From the NCBI GenBank assembly GCA_964406605.1, contig CAYOSF010000004.1, forward strand, positions 36,322 through 100,321: 64,000 bases of DNA, read 5' to 3'. Made by a program: the position numbers and the translations under genes. Positions 55,222 to 64,000 of this stretch are shown in pieces (the stretch's first letter is position 1; each line of letters starts with the position of its first letter). The notes beneath the pieces are model-generated. The model worked only from the letters and a program-made list of their open reading frames with translations, was not told where the DNA came from and ran no database searches. Origin of the DNA: an uncultured Dehalococcoidia bacterium. Its GTDB lineage: Bacteria > Chloroflexota > Dehalococcoidia > DSTF01 > RBG-16-68-14.

Positions 55222-57624
55222 TCACGGCGGGCGCCATGCGTACTCGGGCTGGACACGGAGTCGCTCACCGTCGGTGGAGAGCCGGACCGTGCCGTGTTGG
55301 TCGGTACGAAAGAGCAGCGAGCCGCCCAGCCGGTCGAGGACGGCGCGCGCGGGGTGGCCGAAGGTGTTCTCCTCGCCGACCGAGACGACGGCGACGGCCG
55401 GCTGCACCGCCCGGACGAACGCGGCGCCCGTCGAGGTGCGTGAGCCGTGGTGGGGCACCTTGAGCACCGACGCGCGCAGGTCGGCCTTGGAATCGAGCAA
55501 CGCTTCCTCGCTGAGGGCCTCGATGTCACCGGCCAGGAGGAAGCTGACCTGCCGCCAGGTCAGCTTGAGCACGAGCGAGGCGTCGTTGGGCTCGCCTCCG
55601 GCGAGCATCTCTTCGTCCGGCGCGAGGACCCGCAGCGTCGCACCGTCGTCCAGGTCTACCCGGTCGCCGACCCGCGCCTCGTGGTACGGAATGTCCTCCA
55701 GCCGGATCAGCTCGCGCCATTCCTCGTAGGCGGCGGTATCCGCCTCGCGCGGCGTGGCGAGCACCTGCTTTACGTCGTAGCGTTCCAGCACATCGATGAG
55801 GCCGGCCAGATGATCGTCCTCCGGGTGGGTGAGCGCCACGAGGTCGAGGGTGTGCTCCCAGAAGGGGAGCTCCCGTCCCAATGCCTCGGTGACGGCCTGG
55901 CCGCTGGCCCCGCCATCGATGAGGAGATTGCGGCCGTCCGGGGTCTCCACCAGGATGGCGTCGCCCTGGCCGACGTCCAGGACGTTGACGGTGAGCCGCC
56001 CGCCGCTCCCGCCCAGCGCGGCCCACCAGGAGAGGGCGGCGAAGAGGGCGAAGCCGGCCCCGAGCAGCCAGACCGGCCGCAAGCCGAACCCGCCGGTGAC
56101 TGTCCGCTCGGGCGTGGAGGCCGTCGCCGGATCGAATCGCGGCCGGCTCAGCCACCAGGCGAAGACGGCGAGCGCGAGGTAGGCCGCGGCGGCGTGCCCG
56201 GCGCCGAAGCCGGAGACGTGGAACGAGGCGAGCGGGATGGCCGCGAAGAAACGGGCGATTTCGATCATGTAGGTGAGGGCGGCCCACGAGAACCAGGCCG
56301 TGGCGTGGCCGAGCGGCTCCCAGAGGACGCCGGCCGCCGCCGTGAGGGCCGAGCTGCCGAGGATGATCGGGAAGGCGGGTACCAGCAGCAGGTTCGAGAC
56401 CAGCGCCACGGCGGAGACCCGGCCGAAGTTGAGCGCGATGAGGGGCAGTGTGGCCATCACGGCGCCCGCGGTCATCACCATGCCCTCCAAGATGCCTCCC
56501 GCCAAGCCGCCTTCGGTCGTCCCAACGTCCCAAGAGCGGAGGAGGTCGGCGGCGCGCTCCTGGAGCATGGGCGTGAGATAGACGAGGCCGAGGATGGCGG
56601 CGAAGCTGAGCTGAAAGGAGACGTCCTCGATCACGAACGGATGCCAGCCGGTCATGATCGCCGCCGCCAGCGTGATGGAGGTGAGAGCGCTGCCCGGCCG
56701 GCCGACGAGGGTGGCCAGGACGAAGAGGCTGCCCATGATCGCCGCCCGTACTACTGTCGGTGACGCGCCGGTGAGTGCGGTGTAGCCGGCGATGGCGACG
56801 AGGGCCACCAGGGCAGCCTGTCGCCGGCCGATGAGCCAGGCCAGCCCGCTCATGATGAGCGCGGCCACCAGGCTGACGTTGTGACCGGAGATCGCGATCA
56901 GGTGCGAGGTGCCGGTCGCGTTCAGGTCGTCCGTCAGGTCCGTCGGGATGGCGGAGCGCTGACCGAGGAAGATGCCCTGGGCGAGGGCGGCCTGCGGCTC
57001 GGGCAGGGCTCGCGCGAGGGCGTCGCCCAGGCGGTTGCGCACGGAGTGGAGCGCGGCCAGGGCGGGGTTGCCCTCGCCGGTGGCGATGGTGCGCACTTCC
57101 TCCGGGAAGTCGATCACGGAGGCGACGCCCCGGCGCGCGAGGTAGTCGCGGTAATCGAAGTCAGGAAGGATGGGCGGCGTCTCCAACTCGCCCGTCACTT
57201 CAAGCAGCTCGCCGTAGTGGTGCTGGGGGAAGAGGCCGCAGCGCAACAGCACGCCGCCCGAGGTGGACCGCCACCGTCCGCCGTCGAGCACCTCGCGCAC
57301 CGAGAGGCGGACGCGCTGCAACCGGCCGCGCACGTCCGGCTCGTCGCTGACCAGGGCGCGGAAGGTGACGGCGGCGCCGTCGTTGTGGAGGGCGATGCCG
57401 GCGGGCTGATTGGGCGGTCGCTGATCGACGTATCGGAGACCGCCGGCCAGGAAGAGTCCGGCCGAGAGCAGGCCGATGACGGCCAATCGAGGCTGTCGCT
57501 CGAGTGCCGCGGCCACGAGCCCCGCGGCGCCGATCGCGGCGACACCGGGCCACCAGACGGCGCCGCCAACGGCGCCCGCGACGACGCCGAGCAGCCACGC
57601 ACCTGCCAGGTAGACGAGAGTCAC
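55222..57624 (-). CDS. comEC: DNA internalisation competence protein ComEC/Rec2
   Basis: N-terminal DUF4131-like TM region, competence domain, C-terminal MBL domain (VLDVGQGDAILVETPDGRNLLIDGG…HPEDDHLAG…PHHGS). Confidence 0.85.
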   Translation of the reverse strand: MTLVYLAGAWLLGVVAGAVGGAVWWPGVAAIGAAGLVAAALERQPRLAVIGLLSAGLFLAGGLRYVDQRPPNQPAGIALHNDGAAVTFRALVSDEPDVRGRLQRVRLSVREVLDGGRWRSTSGGVLLRCGLFPQHHYGELLEVTGELETPPILPDFDYRDYLARRGVASVIDFPEEVRTIATGEGNPALAALHSVRNRLGDALARALPEPQAALAQGIFLGQRSAIPTDLTDDLNATGTSHLIAISGHNVSLVAALIMSGLAWLIGRRQAALVALVAIAGYTALTGASPTVVRAAIMGSLFVLATLVGRPGSALTSITLAAAIMTGWHPFVIEDVSFQLSFAAILGLVYLTPMLQERAADLLRSWDVGTTEGGLAGGILEGMVMTAGAVMATLPLIALNFGRVSAVALVSNLLLVPAFPIILGSSALTAAAGVLWEPLGHATAWFSWAALTYMIEIARFFAAIPLASFHVSGFGAGHAAAAYLALAVFAWWLSRPRFDPATASTPERTVTGGFGLRPVWLLGAGFALFAALSWWAALGGSGGRLTVNVLDVGQGDAILVETPDGRNLLIDGGASGQAVTEALGRELPFWEHTLDLVALTHPEDDHLAGLIDVLERYDVKQVLATPREADTAAYEEWRELIRLEDIPYHEARVGDRVDLDDGATLRVLAPDEEMLAGGEPNDASLVLKLTWRQVSFLLAGDIEALSEEALLDSKADLRASVLKVPHHGSRTSTGAAFVRAVQPAVAVVSVGEENTFGHPARAVLDRLGGSLLFRTDQHGTVRLSTDGERLRVQPEYAWRPP

Positions 57625-58214
57625 GGGCCCACGGTGATCAGGTCCACGATCTTGTCGAACGTGCCCTGAGGAATGACACGGCGCTCCACCAGCTCCTCGG
57701 CGGTCTGGAAGGGGCCGTCCCAGGTGCGGCTCTCGACGATGCGCTGGCTGTAGACCTCGCCGATGCCGGGAAGCTCATCGAGCTCGGCCGCGGTAGCGGT
57801 GTTGATATTGACGATCTCCCTGGCGGCGCCCGCCACGTCCGACGCAGTCCCCGAGGCCAGGACGGGCGCGGGCTCACCCAGGCGCGGCACGACGATGTGG
57901 TGCTCGTCGTGGAGACGCAGCGACAGGTTGATCGCCTCCAGGTTCGCGTCGGCCGCAGGGCCGCCGGCCTCGTACAGGGCATCGATCACGCGGTCGCCGT
58001 CCGCCATCTCGTAGACGCCGGGCTGGGCGACGGCGCCGGTGATGTAGACCTCCATCGGGCCTTCGTCGGTGGGCGTCGTTTGGCCGAAGGTGACCTCGAT
58101 CGGCTGCTCGTCGCGCTCGCGAGAGACGATGACGACGATAGCAGCGACCAGCGCCGCCGCCAGTGCGACGACGGCGATTCTCAGATAGCGGCTGTCCCCT
58201 GTCGCCACGGGCAC
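57621..58214 (-). CDS. comEA: Competence protein ComEA (SLBB + tandem helix-hairpin-helix)
   Basis: N-terminal TM. NINTATAAELDELPGIGEVYSQRIVE HhH motif. 4-bp overlap with comEC. Confidence 0.8.
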   Translation of the reverse strand: MPVATGDSRYLRIAVVALAAALVAAIVVIVSRERDEQPIEVTFGQTTPTDEGPMEVYITGAVAQPGVYEMADGDRVIDALYEAGGPAADANLEAINLSLRLHDEHHIVVPRLGEPAPVLASGTASDVAGAAREIVNINTATAAELDELPGIGEVYSQRIVESRTWDGPFQTAEELVERRVIPQGTFDKIVDLITVGP

Positions 58215-58503
58215 TCCCTGCCTCGCTGCCTGTCAGTTGGGGTGGATCGGACGCCAGACGGATGTCCTTGCCACCACGCTCATGCGCGAACACTTAAGCC
58301 GAAACGGGAGCGCTGTGTCAAGGGTAGGAGGATGGGGGCGCGGCGTGACGCTGGTGAACCCGCGTGGGGGCGCGCGTGGCAGTTTCGCTGTGTGAGCAAG
58401 AGCAGGAGGCCGGCTGAAGCACAGTGGCGAGGCTCGGAGTGCTGCGCCGTGGCGGACAGGCTGTGTCGTTTGTCTGACAGGCGAAAGGCAGCAGGGAGTG
58501 CGG

Positions 58504-59334
58504 CTAGAGCCTAGATGCCTTTCGGCGGACTGCTATCTTCACCATGGACGCAAGTCTCTCGCGGTGGTCATCGTCTTCCCACGAGGCTCCGTCGTTCTCG
58601 TAGCAGGCCCACGTTTGCCCCGAGATGTCAGAAGGCGGCCGCGGTCTTTGGCTGTGGCGTATTGGGTGTACGCGGATGCCCCAGGTCAGTGCTACGCCCA
58701 TTTCGATCATGACATTGGGATTGAGATCCGATGTTTCGAAAACCGCGATGTCAGACGCAATGATGGATCGGGCTATCTGGTTGAATAGGTGTTCACCGTA
58801 GCCCGCCCGCAGTGGAACGAAGTCGAGGGATAGGCTGGTGCCAAGATCCGTGTTGGCCGCCTCAAGCGCTTCCGTGAATAGGCCCTCAAGGTTGCTAGCC
58901 AGACTCCCGGCATCGTAGAACTGGCTTTCGAACTGGTGCCCGAATACGACGATCAGCCTTCCGGATCTCCGTTCGCGATCTATGTATTCCCAGTCATCAT
59001 CAACGAAACCATAAGGAGAGCCGACCGGCCATGGAGAAGGGCGAACGTGCGACTCTTCAACTCCCTGCTCCATCGATTGTGCGGCTGCCTCGGCACGCTC
59101 CAACTCATAGCGTCCAGCCGCCGTAATCCAGAGACTGTTGAAATCGAAGGGCCGGTTGCCCAGCGTCCTCACAGCTTCAACGTAACCGCTGTCCTCCAGC
59201 ATTTGGACGGCGTCGTTTACGCGTCCAGGGTCAAGCTTCGTGGTTTCGGCAAGCTTGCTGTTGTGGACCGGACTGTCGCGCTCGAACTGCGCGAGTGCCC
59301 GCAAGATCGTAGCCATGTCTTGTTGGATAGTCAT
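58504..59334 (-). CDS. wHTH domain fused to a nucleoside 2-deoxyribosyltransferase-like (Rossmann/TIR-like) domain
   Basis: N-terminal MTIQQDMATILRALAQFE…KLAETTKLD (winged-helix-like). C-terminal LIVVFGHQF…IAVFETSDLNPNVMIEMGVALTWG, resembling the NDT catalytic-Glu block. Lower GC than flanks. Confidence 0.4.
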   Translation of the reverse strand: MTIQQDMATILRALAQFERDSPVHNSKLAETTKLDPGRVNDAVQMLEDSGYVEAVRTLGNRPFDFNSLWITAAGRYELERAEAAAQSMEQGVEESHVRPSPWPVGSPYGFVDDDWEYIDRERRSGRLIVVFGHQFESQFYDAGSLASNLEGLFTEALEAANTDLGTSLSLDFVPLRAGYGEHLFNQIARSIIASDIAVFETSDLNPNVMIEMGVALTWGIRVHPIRHSQRPRPPSDISGQTWACYENDGASWEDDDHRERLASMVKIAVRRKASRL

Positions 59335-59638
59335 TGAGCTTGTCGCGCCGCGTTGCCTTCCACTCCTCACCGCATTCTAGATCATGAGGTCTAACACTAC
59401 GAGCTTGAGGTCCTATCGATCCATCAAGGTGATGCCGGGGCGGAGGCCACGCTGGCCGGTGTTCCACAATCTCAGTCAGCGCCGGGGTTATGTCCTCGCA
59501 CGCGCTTCTCCGCGTCACGTTCGGCTCCGCAGGCCGACCGATCGCCCGTGGGGCCAGCGCTGGTGCTTGGGTGGCAGCTTCACATCCCCCGGGAACTGGA
59601 GGCGGTCGGGTGATTCGGCCAGGGTGAGCGGCGGAGCG

Positions 59639-60388
59639 CTAGTCTTCGGCGGGGACGTAGAAGATCTCCACCGACGAAATCTCGCGGGTGTTTACTATCA
59701 CTGCGTTGCCACCCGCGCTTGGGGGAAGCGTGGCCAACGGGGGTGTCCCCTTGCCAGGCTCCGGCGGTGGCGCGTAGTGTGCCCGCCAGATGGCAATATC
59801 CCGTGTTCCATCCTTCCGTGAACGGACGTCGAACGAAGCCACGAAGCCAGCGTAGACCGCTCCGGACTTCATCCTTATACGCGCCGCGCGATAGGTGCGA
59901 CGACCCGCGCTTCCGCCTTTGGTCGCGTTGGCCTCGTTGACGTCATTGATAAGCTCTTCATCGCTGGTGAGGATAGCAGTCCAGGCAGGACTGTGGGTCA
60001 GCCCCACCTGTCGGAGCCTGGATTCGATCTGCTTGTCAGGGAAGCGGCGGTATCCCGCCAGAGTGCCAACGGCTAGATTGAACCCCAGCACCCCGGTTGC
60101 GCAGCCCAACAGCCGGACGGGATGTTGATCGGCGTACGCGGGCAGGCCGTCAGCGACGAGCAACTGAAGCTGATCCTTCAACCCAGGCCAGAGAATCGCC
60201 AATAGCACGATGGCCGTCGCCTCCGCAGCCAAGAGGACGAGGGTACCGCAGAGGCTGCGTACAAGTAGCTGGAGATCGCTCGGATCCGCATCGCTCGCAA
60301 CACCGAAAGCGCGCGTGAAGTAGTAGTGGACGAACCCAGGCGCGACAAAGTACGCCATGACGAAGACGCCCTGGATCGTAGCGTTCAT
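59639..60388 (-). CDS. Hypothetical membrane protein (2-3 TM) with soluble C-terminal domain
   Basis: Hydrophobic helices (VFVMAYFVAPGFV / LVLLAAEATAIVLLAILW / LLGCATGVLGFNLAVGTLAG). No recognisable domain. Confidence 0.4.
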   Translation of the reverse strand: MNATIQGVFVMAYFVAPGFVHYYFTRAFGVASDADPSDLQLLVRSLCGTLVLLAAEATAIVLLAILWPGLKDQLQLLVADGLPAYADQHPVRLLGCATGVLGFNLAVGTLAGYRRFPDKQIESRLRQVGLTHSPAWTAILTSDEELINDVNEANATKGGSAGRRTYRAARIRMKSGAVYAGFVASFDVRSRKDGTRDIAIWRAHYAPPPEPGKGTPPLATLPPSAGGNAVIVNTREISSVEIFYVPAED

Positions 60389-60420
60389 CTTGCTGCTCCC
60401 TCTTTGACGATCAGCACAGC

Positions 60421-60738
60421 CTAGTCGTCGCCCCCGGACGAGTCCTGTCCTGGCGCGGCGGATGATCCCGATGCGTCCGGCGGGGGCGCTACCGGTGTGG
60501 ACTCTGTACTGCCCTGCCCTGGTGTGGCAGCCGGACTTTGGTCGCCTTGAACCGCTGGGTTCTGGAGGCCAGCAGGCGGGGCCGCCTGGAGCCCTGCCTC
60601 GGCCTCCTTCATGCTGATGGGCTTGCGGGGAGCAGGGCGGGTCTCACCTTCGGGCGCGGGATGGCTCTGACCCTGGCTGGCCTGGGTGTTCTCGCTGCCT
60701 TGGCCGCCTTCGGGGTTGCCTTCGTTGTCTTGAGTCAT
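60421..60738 (-). CDS. Low-complexity Q/G/P/S-rich hypothetical protein
   Basis: ORF with biased but non-Arg-rich composition. Uncertain. Confidence 0.3.
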   Translation of the reverse strand: MTQDNEGNPEGGQGSENTQASQGQSHPAPEGETRPAPRKPISMKEAEAGLQAAPPAGLQNPAVQGDQSPAATPGQGSTESTPVAPPPDASGSSAAPGQDSSGGDD

Positions 60739-60830
60739 GGCGGGTATGACCTCCTTCTTATGGTGTTGTCCTCAACGCATCAGGACCGCCGAATTTCCGC
60801 TTGGCGGTGCGCGTCGTGTGGGACCATTCG

Positions 60831-61043
60831 TCAGTCGTCTTTCTCGAACTCCTCGGAAGACAGTGACGCTGCGTTTGGCTTGGGCGCGACCTCACGGTAG
60901 CCGATGATCTGGGTCAGATTGTACCTTCCTATTTCACCTCCGCCTCTGGTCAGGACGAGGAAGTCGCTCTCCGTCTTGTAGTCGTCGCACTCAACGCGGA
61001 CCGGGTCGCGCTCCTTCAGATCGATTTGCAGGGTCTTTGCCAT
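60831..61043 (-). CDS. Small hypothetical protein (70 aa)
   Basis: Plausible composition. Directly downstream of 61097..62017. Confidence 0.35.
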   Translation of the reverse strand: MAKTLQIDLKERDPVRVECDDYKTESDFLVLTRGGGEIGRYNLTQIIGYREVAPKPNAASLSSEEFEKDD

Positions 61044-61096
61044 CTCATCAACCTCCCGAAGATCATCCTATCGCGTCGCCGTCGAAGGCGGGCGGG

Positions 61097-62017
61097 CTAT
61101 CGAAAATGGAACTCAACGTCGCTCGTTGTGAAGATCTGCGGATCGTACTTCAGCACGTCGAGTGGCGTGGCGGCGTCCACCTCGAAGCCGAACCACCCGC
61201 GTATCTTCTCCCCGCTCCCGATGTCGGTGCCGGATAGCAGGGGCTGCAGACCGAAGAGCAGCGTGGGTTCGTAAGCAAACCCCTCCGTGTTCGTCAGCTT
61301 GAAGTTGAACTGGTTGGCGTAGTGCTGGCTGCCCTTCACTCGCTCGATGGTCACGTCGAAGGCAACGAACCTCTTGCCAGGGGCGGGCTGTTGCGGGGCG
61401 AAGTTGGACGGATCTACCCAGGGATCGGCGATCTCGTTGAGAGTAATCCGCACGTCCTCAGCCTGAGCGACAGCACCAGGGGCCGCCTGGACAATCCGCT
61501 CGATCTGCGGCTCCGGCGTCTCCGTCGGCTCGGCAGGTTGCTGCAAGTCGTTGCCTGCGTCTGCTTGCTGCTGCTCCTCGGCTGCTGCCTGTTCTTCGCC
61601 GTCGCCTCCGCCGCCCGTAGCTGACGCGACCCAGATGATGATGATCAAGACGATCACCACCGCGACCGGCCCGCCGAACGCCAGCACCTTGCCCTGCGTG
61701 CTCTGGCGTTGTCCGGCCCAGCGCCAGTAGGCCCCGACCGGCGCGAACAACGTTGCGAGCATGCTCCGCCCGCCTTTGACGACGAGCTGCCCGTCGACCA
61801 CACGGATATAGATCAACTGGTCGCTCTTCGCCCAGTGCCACAGCAGGTAAACTATGATGCCAAGGCCGAAGACCAGCAGCCAGAGCAAGGCCCAGACGAA
61901 GCTGAACCTCTTGGGCTTTCTCATCTGGGCCTCGGTCGCACCGCGCGAGACTAGCACCCATCCTTGCCCGGTCCGCCTGGCTATCTCGTCCTGGAGTGTG
62001 TCGGGTTGCATCGCCAT
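61097..62017 (-). CDS. Membrane protein with two TM helices and C-terminal DUF4352-like extracytoplasmic domain
   Basis: TMs FVWALLWLLVFGLGIIVYLLW and VAVVIVLIIIIWVA. C-terminal …GKRFVAFDVTIERVKG…GWFGFEV, Ig-like lipoprotein-domain pattern. Confidence 0.5.
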   Translation of the reverse strand: MAMQPDTLQDEIARRTGQGWVLVSRGATEAQMRKPKRFSFVWALLWLLVFGLGIIVYLLWHWAKSDQLIYIRVVDGQLVVKGGRSMLATLFAPVGAYWRWAGQRQSTQGKVLAFGGPVAVVIVLIIIIWVASATGGGGDGEEQAAAEEQQQADAGNDLQQPAEPTETPEPQIERIVQAAPGAVAQAEDVRITLNEIADPWVDPSNFAPQQPAPGKRFVAFDVTIERVKGSQHYANQFNFKLTNTEGFAYEPTLLFGLQPLLSGTDIGSGEKIRGWFGFEVDAATPLDVLKYDPQIFTTSDVEFHFR

Positions 62018-62436
62018 GGCTTGTTCTCCTCTTTACTACTCGCAGCCCAGGCCGTCGTTGTCGCGGTCGAGGTCATATACATCCGGCCCACGACCGTGAG
62101 CGTGCCCGTGCAGCAGGGGCCGTTGCCGCAGCCGCCCGCACAATCGTAGTCGCTGCAGTTCGGGTCGAGGAATGCGCGCTGATAGGGCGGGTAGGACGTG
62201 GTCCCTGGTGGCGGTCAGGAGTACGCCCGAACGTGGCACAAGCACCATCCATCGCATGTTCCGCCTCCTTGAACACTGGTGGACGGGCGGCGGCGGTCGC
62301 CAAGCTTCCCGGCGGTGGGGCCGTCCCCACGTCCAAGGACGTTGCAGTGATTATATCAGGTGATCAAGGGGGGTGCTATGGGCGGCCTATGCGCCGCCCC
62401 CGGCCGGTCGATCATACAGGGAGGAGGTGTTTGCCG

Positions 62437-62682
62437 ATGGCGACGAAGCTGATATACGTCCGGCCCATCAGGATACTGGCCCCAGGCCAAGTGGAAGTTC
62501 TGGAAGAACTCGACGACCAGGAAATGCGCGACGTTCTGGAGCGGGCCGAGAGGGTGGGCTTTTCGTGCGAAAGCTCCGTGGTGGAAAAGCCGCCCTACAC
62601 CGACCGGATCAAGCTCAACGATCCGAACCGCGAGGGCTATCACCGTGACTACTTGGCGCGGATAGAGCGCCCCGAGGCGTAG
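62437..62682 (+). CDS. Small hypothetical protein (81 aa)
   Basis: GGGAGGAGG RBS 7 nt upstream of ATG. Lower local GC. Confidence 0.4.
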   Translation: MATKLIYVRPIRILAPGQVEVLEELDDQEMRDVLERAERVGFSCESSVVEKPPYTDRIKLNDPNREGYHRDYLARIERPEA

Positions 62683-63081
62683 CCTTCCGCCTCGTCCGGC
62701 ACCCACCCCGAGGCCGCCGGAGGTCGGCCCCTGCGAGGCGCTCGCCGGTCGGCCGGGAGTCAGGCGGGGGTTCCGCGGGGGCGCGGCGGGGGCCGCTGCA
62801 TATGCCGCTGCCCGTTGCTGCTAGGAGTGGCAGTAGCCTAGCCTGCCCACCGCCTCCTGACATACCACGCCGCGCCACCCAGGGCGATCGCACCTGCTGC
62901 CGCAGCCACCGCGATGCCGCCGAGGACTCCGCTGCTCGTCAGCGTCGGTGGGAACTCAAGCGCGATAGGGTGTGGAACTATCCCTGGTAGGGGAGCGACC
63001 CGACGCGACAGCTAGCCCGAACGTGGCCGCGGGTGGCGTCCAGCAGGACCACGTCGCGCGGCCGGGGCGACCGGCGGAACA

Positions 63082-63399
63082 CTAGGCGTCGCCCCACGAA
63101 TGCAGAAGGTAGTCCTGCCCGTCATATAGACCGATAATCTGCCGACGTTGGTGGTCGAGGTGGACTAGACCGAAAGGTCTTGCTGGGCTGATCAGCGCTT
63201 GGGTCCCCACTCGCTCGATCCATAGAGTGAAGCTACCGTCTTCCGGCTCTGGCCAGATCGACTTCACTATCGACGCAGGTGCCCTGGCTCCGCCTTCTAT
63301 GGTGACGAATCTGGGCACGGCTTCGTGATCGGTCTTGATCACCACACAACTGCCGTTCTTCGTCTGCCTTTGCCCGTCTAAGAACTCGATGAGAACCAC
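63082..63399 (-). CDS. Hypothetical protein (105 aa)
   Basis: ORF with ordinary composition. No domain recognised. Confidence 0.35.
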   Translation of the reverse strand: MVLIEFLDGQRQTKNGSCVVIKTDHEAVPRFVTIEGGARAPASIVKSIWPEPEDGSFTLWIERVGTQALISPARPFGLVHLDHQRRQIIGLYDGQDYLLHSWGDA

Positions 63400-63644
63400 A
63401 CGTCGACCTCCATGCCTGAAGGGGCCAGTGTTAGCCTATCACAGGCAGTGCGCGCTGCGGCCCGTCATCCGACTCCGGCCCACGCCCGTGGCAGCCCCGA
63501 CCATCGAACGCCCTGGGGCGTGTGATGGCCGATGCCCTGCCCCCGTGCCGTTCCTGATCGCGATCTGCCGGCGAGGCCCCGCGACCCGCGCGTTGCGCCC
63601 GTATCTCGTGGCACTGGCTACGGTTCCGGCGTGGGCATCAGCTT

Positions 63645-64000
63645 CATAGACTGGTTCTGCAGTCGTGGAAGTAGGACTTGATGATGGCGAGGATATCGTC
63701 GATGCGGATCCGGCCGTTCGGTGGGCCCAGACTCCACGGGTTCGGTCCGACGTACGTGCGATCGTATGATTCGTCGTATGCCGGCTGCCCCTTGTCCATG
63801 AAGTAGTGGCTCAGAACGGCTAGGATGTCGTCGACGCGGTTCTCACCGTCGCCCGTGGGGTTGAAGTAGTCCCAGGGGTTCTTTGGGTCGCGCAGCCCGG
63901 CGTGTAATTCCTCGGAACCCAGTTCCTGCTTGTCGGTGCAGGCGTCGCCGTCGGCGTCGATGTCCAGGGGGTCGACCTCGGCCTTGCCCAGCGGACAGCC
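63645..64000 (-). CDS. C-terminal part of a dockerin-domain protein (N-terminus beyond window end)
   Basis: Minus-strand translation …DIDADGDACTDKQELG…NPTGDGENRVDDILAVLSHYF…NGRIRIDDILAIIKSYF…, two type-I dockerin-like Ca-binding repeats, then stop at 63645-63647. Confidence 0.55.

Noticed and set aside
55447-56763. 438-aa plus ORF and 335-aa minus ORF inside comEC
   Set aside because: Antisense or alternative-frame to ComEC. Arg/Gly/Glu-rich composition.

Overview
High-GC window (about two-thirds G+C by eye, bacterial). Gene content (rny-ymdB pair, comEA-comEC, a CSLREA-domain beta-helix protein, dockerin/cohesin modules) is compatible with a Chloroflexota-like or other high-GC lineage, but the taxon is not determinable from sequence alone. 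Housekeeping genes (rny, ilvD, rph, panE-like, comEA/comEC, tRNA-Asn) are interleaved with accessory content. Accessory content, in order of interest: (1) a tightly packed four-gene cassette at 20853-25943: N6-adenine DNA methyltransferase, GHKL-ATPase fused to a histidine kinase, REC-domain protein, ComEC-type MBL-fold hydrolase. It is the best candidate for an undescribed methylation-linked two-component defence system. (2) A 1142-aa patatin-like phospholipase with a large multi-TM insertion inside the catalytic domain, two small partner ORFs, and a near-consensus sigma70 promoter that is conspicuous in this GC-rich DNA. (3) A low-GC type II R-M pair (N4C-type beta-class MTase plus convergent putative REase). 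(4) A frameshifted REP-associated tyrosine transposase (RAYT) and at least three dispersed repeat families: REP-like composite elements with (GGGTCGR)n tracts; a ~170-bp palindrome-bearing element present twice; and a tRNA-Asn 3'-half-derived repeat flanking a GIY-YIG gene. (5) Dockerin-tagged cell-wall amidase, a cohesin-like lipoprotein, and a second dockerin gene at the window edge. (6) A tandem segmental duplication of an ester-cyclase gene with a structured HIT-gene leader. Many long alternative-frame and antisense ORFs in the track are artefacts of GC-rich DNA and were not called.
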